A stretch of 64,000 nucleotides of DNA from Bugula neritina (taxonomy: Eukaryota; Animalia; Bryozoa), in assembly GCA_964035545.1 (NCBI GenBank), contig OZ037768.1, positions 2,574,741 through 2,638,740 of the forward strand. The letters run 5' to 3'. The notes below the pieces were generated by a model. The model did no database searches. It saw only the letters and a list, made by a program, of their open reading frames with translations, and was not told the DNA's origin. This document shows positions 22,241 to 34,331 of this stretch, in pieces. How positions within the stretch are numbered: position 1 is the first letter of the stretch; the number at the start of each line of letters is the position of its first letter. A program made the position numbers and the translations under genes.

Positions 22241-23157
22241 CCTTAGTACCATGTACTCCTTCTATATACAAGCACCGTTCTACATTCACTGGAAATGTAG
22301 TTTGGATCATAAATTGAAGTCTTTTGTACTTGGTTTAGTTACAGTAATACTGTTTTATGTGCGCATATAATGGTGTACGGAGTATTTCACTGTGCTGCTG
22401 CATCCTCTAAAATCTCTGGCCAGTAATTATCTCCCCCCTCAAATGTCCTTGGGAACTGCTCATGGCAACCAACTGGCTGGTGGGAAGACAACTTCATGAA
22501 GATGTCTGTCATTTCAACAAGTTTGTCAAACTTGTTTTAGGGTTAGCAGAAATATTAGGAAAATTATCTTGTGCAAGAAAAACTGTCAAGGCAGCTTATG
22601 AATGTTTTTTTTTTCAGATTTGGAATGTGTCTAGCTTTTCCATTTATAACAAAGTTTTAACCAATGTACAGTTTCTATGACCGATGGCTAATACTTTATC
22701 ATGAAATCTATAACGTGCACTGTGCTTAACAGCCAAACAAATATCTGTGATAGAATTTTTCTTTTAATATCCAAGCTATTAATTTATTTACATTATTTAT
22801 GTATGTAACAGAACACTAACACATATGGATCACTTGAAAACAACTTGAAAAGTCCTTTTTATTGATCTAAAAAATATTTAGATGTTTTTGGATTTCAGAA
22901 AGTTTTAAAAAATTGTTACAAATATTCATTAAAAGCTTCCAGATTTATAAAATTAGAAGAATTATAACAATTTTCTCCAATAAAATTATGAAAAACCTAT
23001 AAAACAGTGAATATGTACAAACATGAGACTGTGGTTAACTAACTCGTACTGTGTTATTAGCTGTAGCTACAAAGTTTTATGAAATGTCAATTTCAAATAC
23101 TGGCAGCACCCACATCGCTAACAATTGTTCAGGTTTCTTCTACTTCAAAGTAAACAA

Positions 23158-25183
23158 TTACATTTCCTCCTCTAGCTCGCCACGCAGTTTGGCCACTTTG
23201 TATTTACCAGTCATTTCTCTGGGCAGAGGAACAAAGCCGGGACAGGGCACTTGTCCAGGTACTTCACATATACAGTGTCGTGCTGAACCATATCCAAACA
23301 TTGCTTGGTCAACTAGCACCTCCTCTTCTTTCAGCTCTTCGCTAAATCATAGTTATATTAATTTATTATTTATGGATGAGCTCAGTGAAACATGAGTATA
23401 AATTAAATCAATTGCCAAAGTACAGAAGAATAATAGCATTGCTAGGTGAGAACAACTCCCATAACAATGGTATAGGGTGACATTTATGAAAATTCGCAAG
23501 CCCTGCTAAATTTGTTTTACTATTTGAAGTGAATGGGTACAAATCCTTACTCTGTCTTGCCCAGCACCTGTCTGATGTGACTTAATATATCCTCTTTACT
23601 TTGTCCATCAACATCTATGTGCATCTTCCTACCATTGGCTACAATATTGAAGCAAAAATAACAGAACAACAAATTTACAATGTCAATTAAAGTAATGTAA
23701 TAAGGATATATGTGATGAAACATTGAAAAAAGAACACAAAACGCCACACGAAGACTACAGCAAAGTATATTATTATATTTCATATAACATTGCACAGTAT
23801 TTAACATTTTATAACGACGCAATTTTTTTATGAATTTTACACGTATTGCATAGCATTAAAATGCAATGTAATTTACCGAGAATGAATGAGATAAATGGAG
23901 ATGGAGTCATATCTTTAAAAGTTAAAATCTGAGTGTGAGGATTTTTGTATTGGATCTGATTGAGAGACCAGAACACCATATCTCTAAAACATACAAGTAA
24001 AACATAATGACAGCAGGGATAGGAGAGTCAGCCTTATATAATAGAATTACTGTTTAAGTATTTGAGTATTTAACCGATGCTTGTTCACTTGAGTTGATGT
24101 GCCTCTACTCTGTAACTGGAAAATAATCAAACTACTGGAAGATTATAGTAAAACTATAGGTACTTTAATAATTTCACAACTGAACGATTTGAAAATACTC
24201 TTCCGAAGTATAAAAAAAATGGCAAAAACTATTTGAAGAAATATTTTAGTCACCAGTAAGCAGAGCGTTAAATGCTACGTAGTGTGTACTGTGAACACTC
24301 AAAAGTAAACTAATAGCATATTAGAATTTACTATCATTGTTATATGATGATACTGCCGTTGCATGTACAAACAGCAGCCACACACTACAATTTACAACTG
24401 TGTATAGTGTAGCTGTGCGCATTTTACAGACTAGCAAGACTTGATTATATTCCTTTCACCTATCTTAACCTTACAATTACAGTAACATAGTCCTACAGAG
24501 TAGTAAGTGGGAGTTGCACTGTACAATTAAAATCAGTAAAATTACAGTTGAATTTAATAGATCTTTTAGTTGAATCAATTAGTAGAACAATCAAAAATAT
24601 AGACATATGTTTACACTGTAATTATACATAGACTAAACAAGTTAGCAATTTAATGCTACTCAACTTCATGCATAGTATGATTTAGATTCATCATTGATAA
24701 AAAATGCTTAGCGATGTTGTATGATCAAACATTGTTTTATCAACAGACGTGGTCTAGGGGTTAAAGTGTTTGCCTAGTAAGCACAAAGGTCATAGGTTCG
24801 AGCCCAAACAAAGGCCATTGGTGATGTTAGGAAGAGCATCCAGTCATAATTGCTCCTGTGCCCTATCTAAATAAGTCCTTAGCCCGCTCTAACAAAAACC
24901 CTTTCCATCAAGGGTTTCTCACAGGGATAGCGGCTATAAACTTGCGTGAGTTTTTATTGTTTTATCAATGATGAATTTAAACCAGTTTTTGCTCACAAGC
25001 AAAACCTGTTAAAGATAATAGCCATTACCTGATGCCCACACTGCTGTCTGTTCGCCCGGGTTGGATTTTTGGAGTGTTGTAATTTATCATCATTACTTTC
25101 ACATTGTGTTTAAACACAATATGTCCCTGCTCTAGATATTTTTGAGTGTTCCGAAAAGCTTGCAGCCCTTTCATAAAAGGCAT
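23158..25183 (-). CDS. MRPS25: Mitochondrial 28S ribosomal protein S25, 177 aa
   Basis: Exons 25183-25029, 23983-23877, 23638-23551, 23341-23158. Motifs [40 protein letters not shown]. Confidence 0.95.
24745..24955 (+). mobile_element. tRNA-derived SINE in an MRPS25 intron
   Basis: A-box-like GTGGTCTAGGGG and B-box GGTTCGAGCCC, followed by a body GGTGATGTTAGGAAGAGCATCC. A degenerate second copy of the body lies at about 37160-37260. Confidence 0.7.
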
Positions 25184-25259
25184 GGTGCCTGTTAAGTTGA
25201 TTCCTTCACTTATAAGTTGTAAGGTATTTGCATTAATGACAGTACTATGCCACAATAGT

Positions 25260-26537
25260 CTGAAATAAATTAAAAACATCAACCTATTAATATAACATAT
25301 ATGGTGCACACCTTATAACTAGACGACAGGTGCAGTGCAACCGTGGCAAAATAAAAATAGTTGATAAAATAAAAAACCTGCGGATTAATTAATAATATTA
25401 TTCATAATAAAATATTTTAATTTCATTGAACTACACAATTGAAAACCAAGAATTGACAACTACTACAAGTCGTAGGATGCAGATCAACTTAAAGTCAAAC
25501 TTTGCTATAAGTTTAACTTAAACTATTAATATTACTATAAGCACTAAATAGACCCGTCATTCTCAAAGCAAAAATTAAAACTACACCTGCAAAGTCAAAC
25601 GTTACCCAGACTCAGAGTTAGTACTACTACTAGCAGTGATGAGTAATCACAATGTCACCGTAAATATAATCAAACTAATAAATTCAAACTCAAAACTAAT
25701 CAATTATCAGTGATTATCAATATAATTCAATAAATGTGAATAGGAATTCGAAGACTGAAAGTGAAAGGCAAACGTGAAACCGAATATCAATGTGAATATG
25801 TAAAACTAAAACACACAAAGCTACTGCTAGAGCCAGACGTGGACCACGAGTCTGTCCACGTCTTACTCTTAGTCTTGCACAGTCATTGAGTTACTTGGTT
25901 AGGTAATGTTAGGTAGTGTTATCTCAGTCTCACTCTGACTTTCAAAGTTTCACCGTCTCACCCTCAGTCTCACAGCCACGGTCACCGTGTTTCATAAAAT
26001 TAAATTAATCATTATCATTACATTTAATGGTTATATATTCAACTAATATTTATGTAAACTATAAATATTAGTAGCTAAAGCAGTTATTAGTGACTTCAAA
26101 CTTAAGCGTTTTTCCAATTCAAGCTCAAGCATTTGAATTAATTTTTCTAATATCACCAGTTGGTACACTAAATCTAATAAAAATACGATTATCACAAAAG
26201 CAATGAGAGAAAATGGTTTGGTTGAACCTTGACATAGATTAAGCTTAATAAACTAAGTATTTAGAATGAAGGTGGGCAGTAGTGCGCCTTTGTACCGTTT
26301 AAAAAAAACAATAGTTATCGTAGTTAAGATAGTTACGTCGTGTATTTTTAACGGCTTTAAAAATTAGCAAGCAAGTTGTGTTTGTTCTACTTGATACCAC
26401 CGTTGAGAACAAAATATTCATTTTGTATCGAATTTTCTTTTGCGTTAGCCATTAGCCGGTTTATCTATTTTAGACAAACGAAAGGTAGTCAAATATTTTG
26501 TGTTTGAACAATAACAGTAAAACTGAAAGTGAACGTC
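25260..26537. promoter_or_regulatory. Divergent promoter region of MRPS25 and SARNP (includes MRPS25 intron 1)
   Basis: Head-to-head genes with ATGs 1.35 kb apart; the MRPS25 ATG exon has an acceptor at about 25260. Confidence 0.55.
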
Positions 26538-29500
26538 ATGAGTTCAACTTCAATTTTATCTTCAGAAGAACTTGGGAAAATGAAGGTAAACTAAAACTAC
26601 ATCTGTTGAGTCTCAGTATGAGTATAGACTATAGAGTGAACTTGATTTATAGATTAAAATTTTATGGTTACTTTAGCACCATGATGGTGGTATTTTTGTA
26701 AAACTTTTATTTTTATTTAACAATTGCATAATCATAATGATAATGATTACCATTATAATAAATATAATCATAATCATAATGATGGTGATAATGATAACGT
26801 CAATAATGAATAAATATTGATAATCATAATCATAATGCTACTCATATTGAATACGATAAAATCTGAATGATGATGGTTCAGGCTACGGTCAAGAATAATC
26901 ACTACTTGTGGTGGCTACAATTGTTATTGTCATAATTGAATATAGCTATGCACACTGACAGGCAACCTAACTAGTAACTTACTCTTAGGTCTAACTTATA
27001 GTTATAGGGCCTAAGTTAGGTATCACTATCAGTATCAGCATGAACATCAGCATGGCTTATGATTATCACTATGACTATAGCCATAGTCTATGACATAATT
27101 AAGAGTTTTGCTTAAACCAGCTTCAATATGAAAATTTTGTTTATTGTATTTAATATATTCTGTTCAGGTGCCAGACCTGAAGAAAGAGTTAAAGACAAGA
27201 AACTTGTCCACGTCAGGTAACAAAGCAGAACTTCTTGAGAGGCTAGTAGAAGCTCTGAAGACAGAAGAAGGTAACTCTAAACATTCCTGTTAGGTCACAG
27301 CTTATTATCACCATAAGTAGGTGCAGCCTGTAAGACAGTTGGTGTTAGGCAGGTTGTTAGTACCTTTGACACAGTTACTCCAAGACAATTATGCAATAGT
27401 AGCTACATTTACCTGGCTCTCTTATTTACCTTTGGATAAAAGAAATGATTTCATGCTCTGTGCTTCTTGGTTATTTGATCTTCCTCACTGCTGATTACAG
27501 CACTACAGAATATTTTCAATGTTATATGAGTTTACTTAAACTGACAATGTTCTGTTTGCTTACTTAGCTGAGGCATTGCTGGAAGACGGAAGTGCAGATG
27601 ATGAAGTATCTTTAGATAAATTAGAAGAACCAGTGGCAGAGTGAGTATCGCTGACAATCTGATTATTTCTTGCTCTGTATAATAATAATATGCTCTAATT
27701 AAAAGACGAAGGTAACTCAAATGTTAGAAGCAGATATACTTTGAGTAAAATTTTGACTTGTGTGCTGCTGTTCTACTCTCTGTACACTGACTTAATTGAC
27801 TACCTGCATGTTCATGTTGAATAAACTTTACAAAATTCTACTCAGTAGGTAATAAAACCATATATGAAAGCCGATACGTGTGCTTATAGGAAAGTTCTGG
27901 ATACAGCAACTGTTGAGGGTGCTAGTGACCCTGCCGCTGCCGATAAAGCAACACCCAAGGCTACTCCGGCAGCAGCTAAACCTGTGTCAGCACCCCAGGC
28001 CAGCAAAGCCGAAGAGACAGATAAACCGGCAGCAGGTGGTGATGCTAAGGATACAGAGTCAGTCACAGCCGAACAGGTATGCAGTCTTACTCCTTATCTC
28101 TAGTCAGTATCTCTAGTAACTATTGCAGTAATATGTGATGAGTAACTTTTGTTATGTAGAAAAAGTTATCTCGAGCTGAAAGATTTGGAATTGTCACTGA
28201 TGAAGATGCTAAGTCTAAGAGAGCAGAGAGGTGAGTTTGCTATGCAGTACTCTGTACCCAGTACTCTGTATCCAATATTTTGTATTCAGTCTTATCACAT
28301 ATTGGAGTCATTTTCCCGAGCCAACTGTGCACTATTGAGAGACAGCATCTCACCCCAATAGACCCTCATAGTGTTGACTTCATTTGCTATGATCTGCTAG
28401 CATTGCTGACTTTTATTTGTAAACCTGAAGTGCTGTGAAACTCTGATTAAGGTTATATATTGGTCATAGGTTGACACGTTTGCATTTACTTTATAGGTTT
28501 GGTATCGTCAGCGACGAAGAGAAGAAAGCACAGAGAGCTGCCAAGTGAGTCTTATGTTATACATTGTAATAGTCTGCTGGTGCTCTCTGGGGTAAGGAGG
28601 GGGGAATTCCTGACTCTGACCCATCTGCTGAATATTCTATATTAATTCACATATGTCTATAAGTACCAACTGGCTGTTTATGTAAAGCTGTTATTGTGAA
28701 TAACTAGAAGTTGCCCTTCATGTCTCATTCACAGTGTGTTTTAGGACGATTCCTCTTTACTTTACTTGCAGGTTTGGACTGTCAGAAGATACAAAGTCGG
28801 ACAAGCAAGATGACGAGAAGAAATCAAAGAGAGCTGAGAGGTAAATGTTGTTATGTTGCCCATGGCAACATGGCATGCTGCAATTTACTCTCAGCAAGCA
28901 CCTTGACCTAGCTAAAGTCTCTTCTGGCTGTCAAAAACCTGTGTGTGTTGGTCACATGACTGAACGCTTGCTTAGAGTTTATTGCAGCGTGCCTTGCTCT
29001 TTGCTCTGAGAGGTAATATATCATGAGTATTTACTATCTGAGGCTACTAACTTGGAGTTTATTTTTGTAATCTAAGAATTCACATTCAAGTTTTACGGCA
29101 ATATATGGACATGCATGCATTGTTTACATGAACTTACATAAATAATATAACATTTACTGGGGTCTGCGTAGATTCTGATCTTTCCGTTATAATGATTCTG
29201 TATCTTACTATTATTCATGCAGGAAAAACTATACTAGTTAGGCTACTGAGTCTATGTAGCTAACTCATTTACCCCAGTGTTGGCCATGCTGTAGAATATT
29301 CCCATCATATTTAGATTTGGAGTTGTCTCCTCGGCTGCCAATGGTGTCTCCGCTGGCAAAGAAACAGAAGAGATGAGTGAGGAAGCGAGACAGAAGCTAC
29401 TGAAGAGGAAAGAGCGGTTTGGTGAAGTCACGTCAGATGTTGCTAACAAGGTATCCTTCCCACTCTGTCTGCTCCGCCCACTCTGTCTACTCCGCCCATT

Positions 29501-30338
29501 CTGTCTGCTTTGCTCACTTTTTTTGTCATTGTCTACACATACTATGCTGAAAATGTGATCACCAGTGTCCGGTTCCCTTGTGGCTGAAAGTTGGAAGCAG
29601 TGGAAGATCTCCCTTGTTCAGATGATGAGGGTTTAGATCTCCGCTATTGTCAATTTCCTGCAGCTGCCATTTGATCTCACCTGCATTGGTTCTCCTAACT
29701 TGCCTTGGTTACTCAGAAGTTCTTTGTAAGACTTGTGACAAAGGTCTTTAGGCTAATGAATAACTGTTGGCCAGATCTTCGTGGCAGAAACTCAATAATA
29801 AGTTTAGTGCCAGTTTCCTCACAGGCTGATTACTAGGGAGGGGGGGGGCTGTTGGTGTGTGTGCATTGTCAGTGTGCAACACATTTTAGATGGCATAATG
29901 ATTCAGTTCTTGTGTTCTATGTGATCATCTCTCCAAACCAACTTGACTCTCTCTATATTCTATCTACACTTTATCTATGCTTAACCTCCATTCTACCTAC
30001 ACCTAACTTAAAACCTACTTAGACATTTTTGCAGCCACAACTAACTACCCATCTGATTTTCTCTTTGATTCAGGCTGACACAGATGAAAAGCTTAAACAG
30101 AGGAGTGCTAGGTTTGGGGCAATATCAGGCCCAGCCCTGACAGCTGATGAAGAGGTAAGTTTGAGTTATAAAATCATTTTTATTCTGAAACGCCTTTATT
30201 GTCTTTTCAAGTATCAATCTTATTTGTGTAATACTAGCTGTTCTCTAACTGATAATGCAGTCTGTCTCTGATCTTATTGTCTCATTGGTTTTGTAGGCTA
30301 GAAAGAAGAAAAGACTAGAGAGATTTGCAGCTGCATGA
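26538..30338 (+). CDS. SARNP: SAP domain-containing ribonucleoprotein (CIP29/Tho1), 285 aa
   Basis: Exons 26538-26585, 27168-27270, 27568-27640, 27890-28076, 28160-28230, 28497-28544, 28772-28840, 29315-29450, 30074-30154, 30297-30338. SAP domain MKVPDLKKELKTRNLSTSGNKAELLERL, then seven R-x-x-[RK]-F-[GA] repeats. Confidence 0.92.
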
Positions 30339-30846
30339 ATAGGCAACTCTGGTATTCATAAATCTTGTCTCTGTTCAACTTCTGTGAACAGCATCAGTCA
30401 ACTATGCAAGATAAATGTATGATGAAAAAGTTTTAGCACAAATTTATTTAATATTTTTAAATTAGAAAATTTTCAAAATATTTCATCTGTATGAAAAAAT
30501 AATTTTTTAATGTCAACTGTACAGTCTGTAACCAGTTATTCTGGTGTCACTCTTGTGTATATATATATACCTATATAATAAACTTCTGGCTGTAAATATA
30601 CATAGTAAACATAATATTATTATACATTTAGACCCAAATATGCTTTTCCAGTTTGTCAATTATTAGTAATTTGATTCATCAATAAATGTGGTACTGTGAT
30701 ATAAATATTTACCTGACAATTTCAACTGATTCTCAATCATGGTTATACACTTCCCACTGGATTTATTATAAGTACACCAAGCTTTATACGGTATTCAAGG
30801 ATAAAGCAAGATCTATAATACAGTTTAAAATGTAATCTGCACTTTA

Positions 30847-31046
30847 TATAATACCATCAACATATAATACCATCAACATAATATAATACCATCAACATAT
30901 AATACTACCGACATATAATACCATTAACATATAATACTACCAACATATAATACCATTAACATAATATAATACTACCAACATATAATATACTATCAACATA
31001 TAAAACTATCAACATATCATACCATCAACATATAATACTACCAACA
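30847..31046. repeat. Minisatellite, ~16-19 bp unit ATACCATCAACATATA / ATACTACCAACATATA
   Basis: About 11 imperfect tandem units. Confidence 0.85.
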
Positions 31047-31730
31047 AGGGTCATATCTTGAACTCATAATTATTTCAACAAATATTATTTTGAAAGCATA
31101 TTGTAGAACCATTAATTTAATATCCATAAATATTAGCATTTTAAACTTTAATATTATTTGATGTATAGTTCTGCTTTTCACCTTTTGCTTACAATCACAG
31201 CTGTGAAAGACCTTGTTTTCTCCATATAGCCTTCAAGATAATGGTAACAGAAAGAAAGGAAAAGTAGACAGTCCTGTGCAATATACTTTTATGCACAAAA
31301 AAATAGCCCTTTACTTTCAGAATAGAATTAAATGTCGTCAATCCTATGTTGAAAGTTTTCTGTAGATTATATATTATAAAAAAAAGCTATCTAGATCAAT
31401 AAATTTCTATCTGGGCAATAGTCAGAAGCAAAAAGTGTGAAAACACAATCTATCAATAACCTAATCAATATTGGCAGCAGTTACACAATAGGCTGTGACT
31501 AAGGCTATAAGAGTTCAACCTAGTTACATTGTGTAAAAAGTGCACACAGTACAATGCTAATAATATTTCATTGTTGTGGGACTACTGCTATGTTATTTTT
31601 TAGTTGCTGTGCGACTTTTCTATTAGCTCAGTTATTATACATGGCTCTACTATCACCACTGAAAAGTTGAGAAGAACGAGGCTCTACGTCTGCGATACGT
31701 GAGCTCAGTGTGTGAGATCCCTCCCTCTAA

Positions 31731-32636
31731 ATGGGAAACTCATGCTGTGCATCACGAAGTAATCGAGTTGCAGATATTGGTATCGTAAATGCTGTTGCCG
31801 TGGGAACAAGCCTTCCTTCTCTTCAAGAATCAGCGCATCAAGTAGACTTCGAGCAGCAATGCTATGATGGCCGCTCTACTTTGCAATTACAGACACCTGT
31901 TCATAAATGTGACTTTGGGCAGCAGTGCTATGAAGGTCAATCTAGGCCAAGTTCAGTGAAACAACCTAAGAGAAATGTTGTACAGGTAGTTAATAATACT
32001 ACAGCAGCTGATGGTTACCCTATCAGCGACATTGAAATGGTGATCATGATGTGCAAAGAGTTGGAAGAAAATCTTTGGCGAAAATACGGGGCGTCTGGTG
32101 ACGGCCTAGGTAATTTGTAAACTATTTATCATATATATTTAAAAAGTTAGAAATGTTTTTGTTAAATTAGGCTTGCATTAGCAAAAAATATTCTGAGAAT
32201 GTTCATAACACATGTACAATTATTGTATTGTTACTCCAGTCGCACATAGTTCTGTGTGCATCTGTTGAAGCAGGCAGTCTTTAACCAGCCATGTAAAGCT
32301 GTTACCTGGTGCAATCAGGGAAGGACAAGTAATATTATTAGAATCTGTAGGGTTCCATTTCCAGATGAACATTAGGATAAGAGCAGAGAGAATGCTCTAT
32401 TGAAGTGCCATGGCTCCTATTTTGTGTTGTTATATTAACATATTTGGCTTTTTTGTTTACTAGGTCAGAAAGTGCATTCTGTGTCAAACGAACTACCATC
32501 TGATGTTTTTCGGGATATTAAATACAATATAGTACGAACAAGGAATCGTTTGGTGCATGACCTTCATGTCAATGGACTAGGAAATCAAAGAAGTGATTTT
32601 ATCAAAACTTTCAACCGAGTGAGATACCAGCTGTAA
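31731..32636 (+). CDS. Unannotated protein 'HEPN-A', 183 aa: N-terminal acylation motif plus C-terminal HEPN (DUF4145-like) putative RNase domain
   Basis: Exons 31731-32109 and 32464-32636, phase-1 GT-AG intron. Starts MGNSCC. C-terminal domain DIEMVIMMCKELEENLWRKYGASGDGLG|QKVHSVSNELPSDVFRDIKYNIVRTRNRLVHDLHVNGLGNQRSDFIKTFNRVRYQL; RNRLVH at 32541-32558. Paralogue on the opposite strand. Confidence 0.8.
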
Positions 32637-34230
32637 CATGTTTTTATAATTTTATTATTACATTTGTCAAGATTTGAAAATCTCAATTTTTAAGACATGC
32701 AAAAAGCAACTAGGAATAGTGCATAGTCAATTAGATAAAAGCATTAATACTTATATTTATAATATTGAAACATGATAATTAGGTTACTGGTTGTATTTAT
32801 TATGCCATAATTCAAATGTTTTTTCCAACATTTGCACTTACCAGAGATGTTATTTTTACATTCTATTATGCCTGTGGTAAATGCAGCTGAAAATCGTCCT
32901 TATTATATTTTTTTACTGTGATTTAAATATACTCTGCTCAAAACTTGTCTCCATTAGAAAGTAGGTATCTTATTTTATTTTACTGCCTGGCAATTTCTAT
33001 TCTTAGTGTTGTGGAACTTGTATTATTTATACACATGTTAGTTCTCAGAACAATTGGGAATTCGCTTGCAATAATACAAACATGAGACTGACTTGCTGCT
33101 AATATTGACCTTTACAAGTAGCTTTCAGCTAATTATTTTAGATACTAAATTGTAAAATCTCTCTTTGTTGTTGACTGTCTCTACTTACTGTTTGTTTATC
33201 GCCTAAAATGGAAACTTTAACATCACAACTTCATGTGTCATTTTTTACCCTGTAAATATGCACTTTTTACTTGCCAACTCTGGTCCTGTTTTTTTTTCAG
33301 ATCCACATGCTATAATTAGATTATAATAAACATTTATAAATTCTGACAGATTTAATTCTACATCACCACATTCCATCTAGCAGCACTGGAGACCAGTAGC
33401 TTGTTATTTGTTTGCGATTCTATAACGTGTATCTCAATGCTGACTCACATAAAATCTGTAATGTTTGCTATTAGCAAGAATGGTTAATGTTTAGCCTCAG
33501 TTGAAAAGTCATGCTGCCTCAACTTTGAAGAAATACTGTATATAGTGAGTAACACGAATACCATACATGTCCATTTCAATATTCACTGTGATCTTTCCAT
33601 ACACTGGAGTCATTACACAGCCTCTTTCAGTGATGAAAGGCAATGTGTGATTTGCTTATCACTAAGTTTAAGCTTGAGATAAGATCAATTTTTGCTCCTC
33701 TAAAACAACCTTGAAAATGTGCTGATACGTATAAGTTACATGAGCAAATGATAAGAACTTGCAATTTATGCAAAGGGAATCCCCTACCTAGGAAATTACA
33801 GGCAGCAGATTTATTTTCAGTCATTCAGCTTGAGTAAATTTGTTTTGTTGTATACAAAGGGAAAGAAGAATGGCTAGTATTTGTGCTGAAATGTTAGGAG
33901 GCAAAAACTAATTGTTGCCAATACATCAATACCTATGATCACTATTATAAGGCAGGTATTGGGCTAGTTAGTTACATAATACATACTCCACAACAGATTG
34001 AAAAGTCATTCACTATTTAGCTTCTACCAGCTGTTAGTATACATGCAATCAAATTATAACATGATGTCATATTCAAGTTTCACTCAATGATATCTGATTC
34101 CATATTATGTAATATTGTTATTGGCTTATTTTTTGAAAAAATTAAGTTTGAGTTTGACATAAATTCTACTAAACAGCACTTCTTTTTATAGTGTCTTTAT
34201 GCCTATCTTGTGTAGATTAGCTTATAATTG

Positions 34231-34290
34231 AAAAATAATTTCCCCCACTGGGAATCGAGCCCGGGTCCTCTGGGTAGACTCAGCACTACA
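34231..34290 (-). repeat. Internally deleted copy of the tRNA-like repeat at 53297-53400
   Basis: Reverse complement reads TGTAGTGCTGAGTCTACCCAG-AGGACCCGGGCTCGATTCCCAGTGGGGGAAATTATTTTT and matches both ends of the 53.3 kb copy. Confidence 0.75.
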
Positions 34291-34331
34291 ATAATTAACT
34301 TTTAAAAATCAAGCCGTGAAGCAGTTCTTCT

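Noticed and set aside
31969-31998. RNVVQVVNNT in HEPN-A as a RHIM-like amyloid motif
   Set aside because: Lacks the glycine of the (I/V)Q(I/V)G core; the resemblance is too weak to claim.
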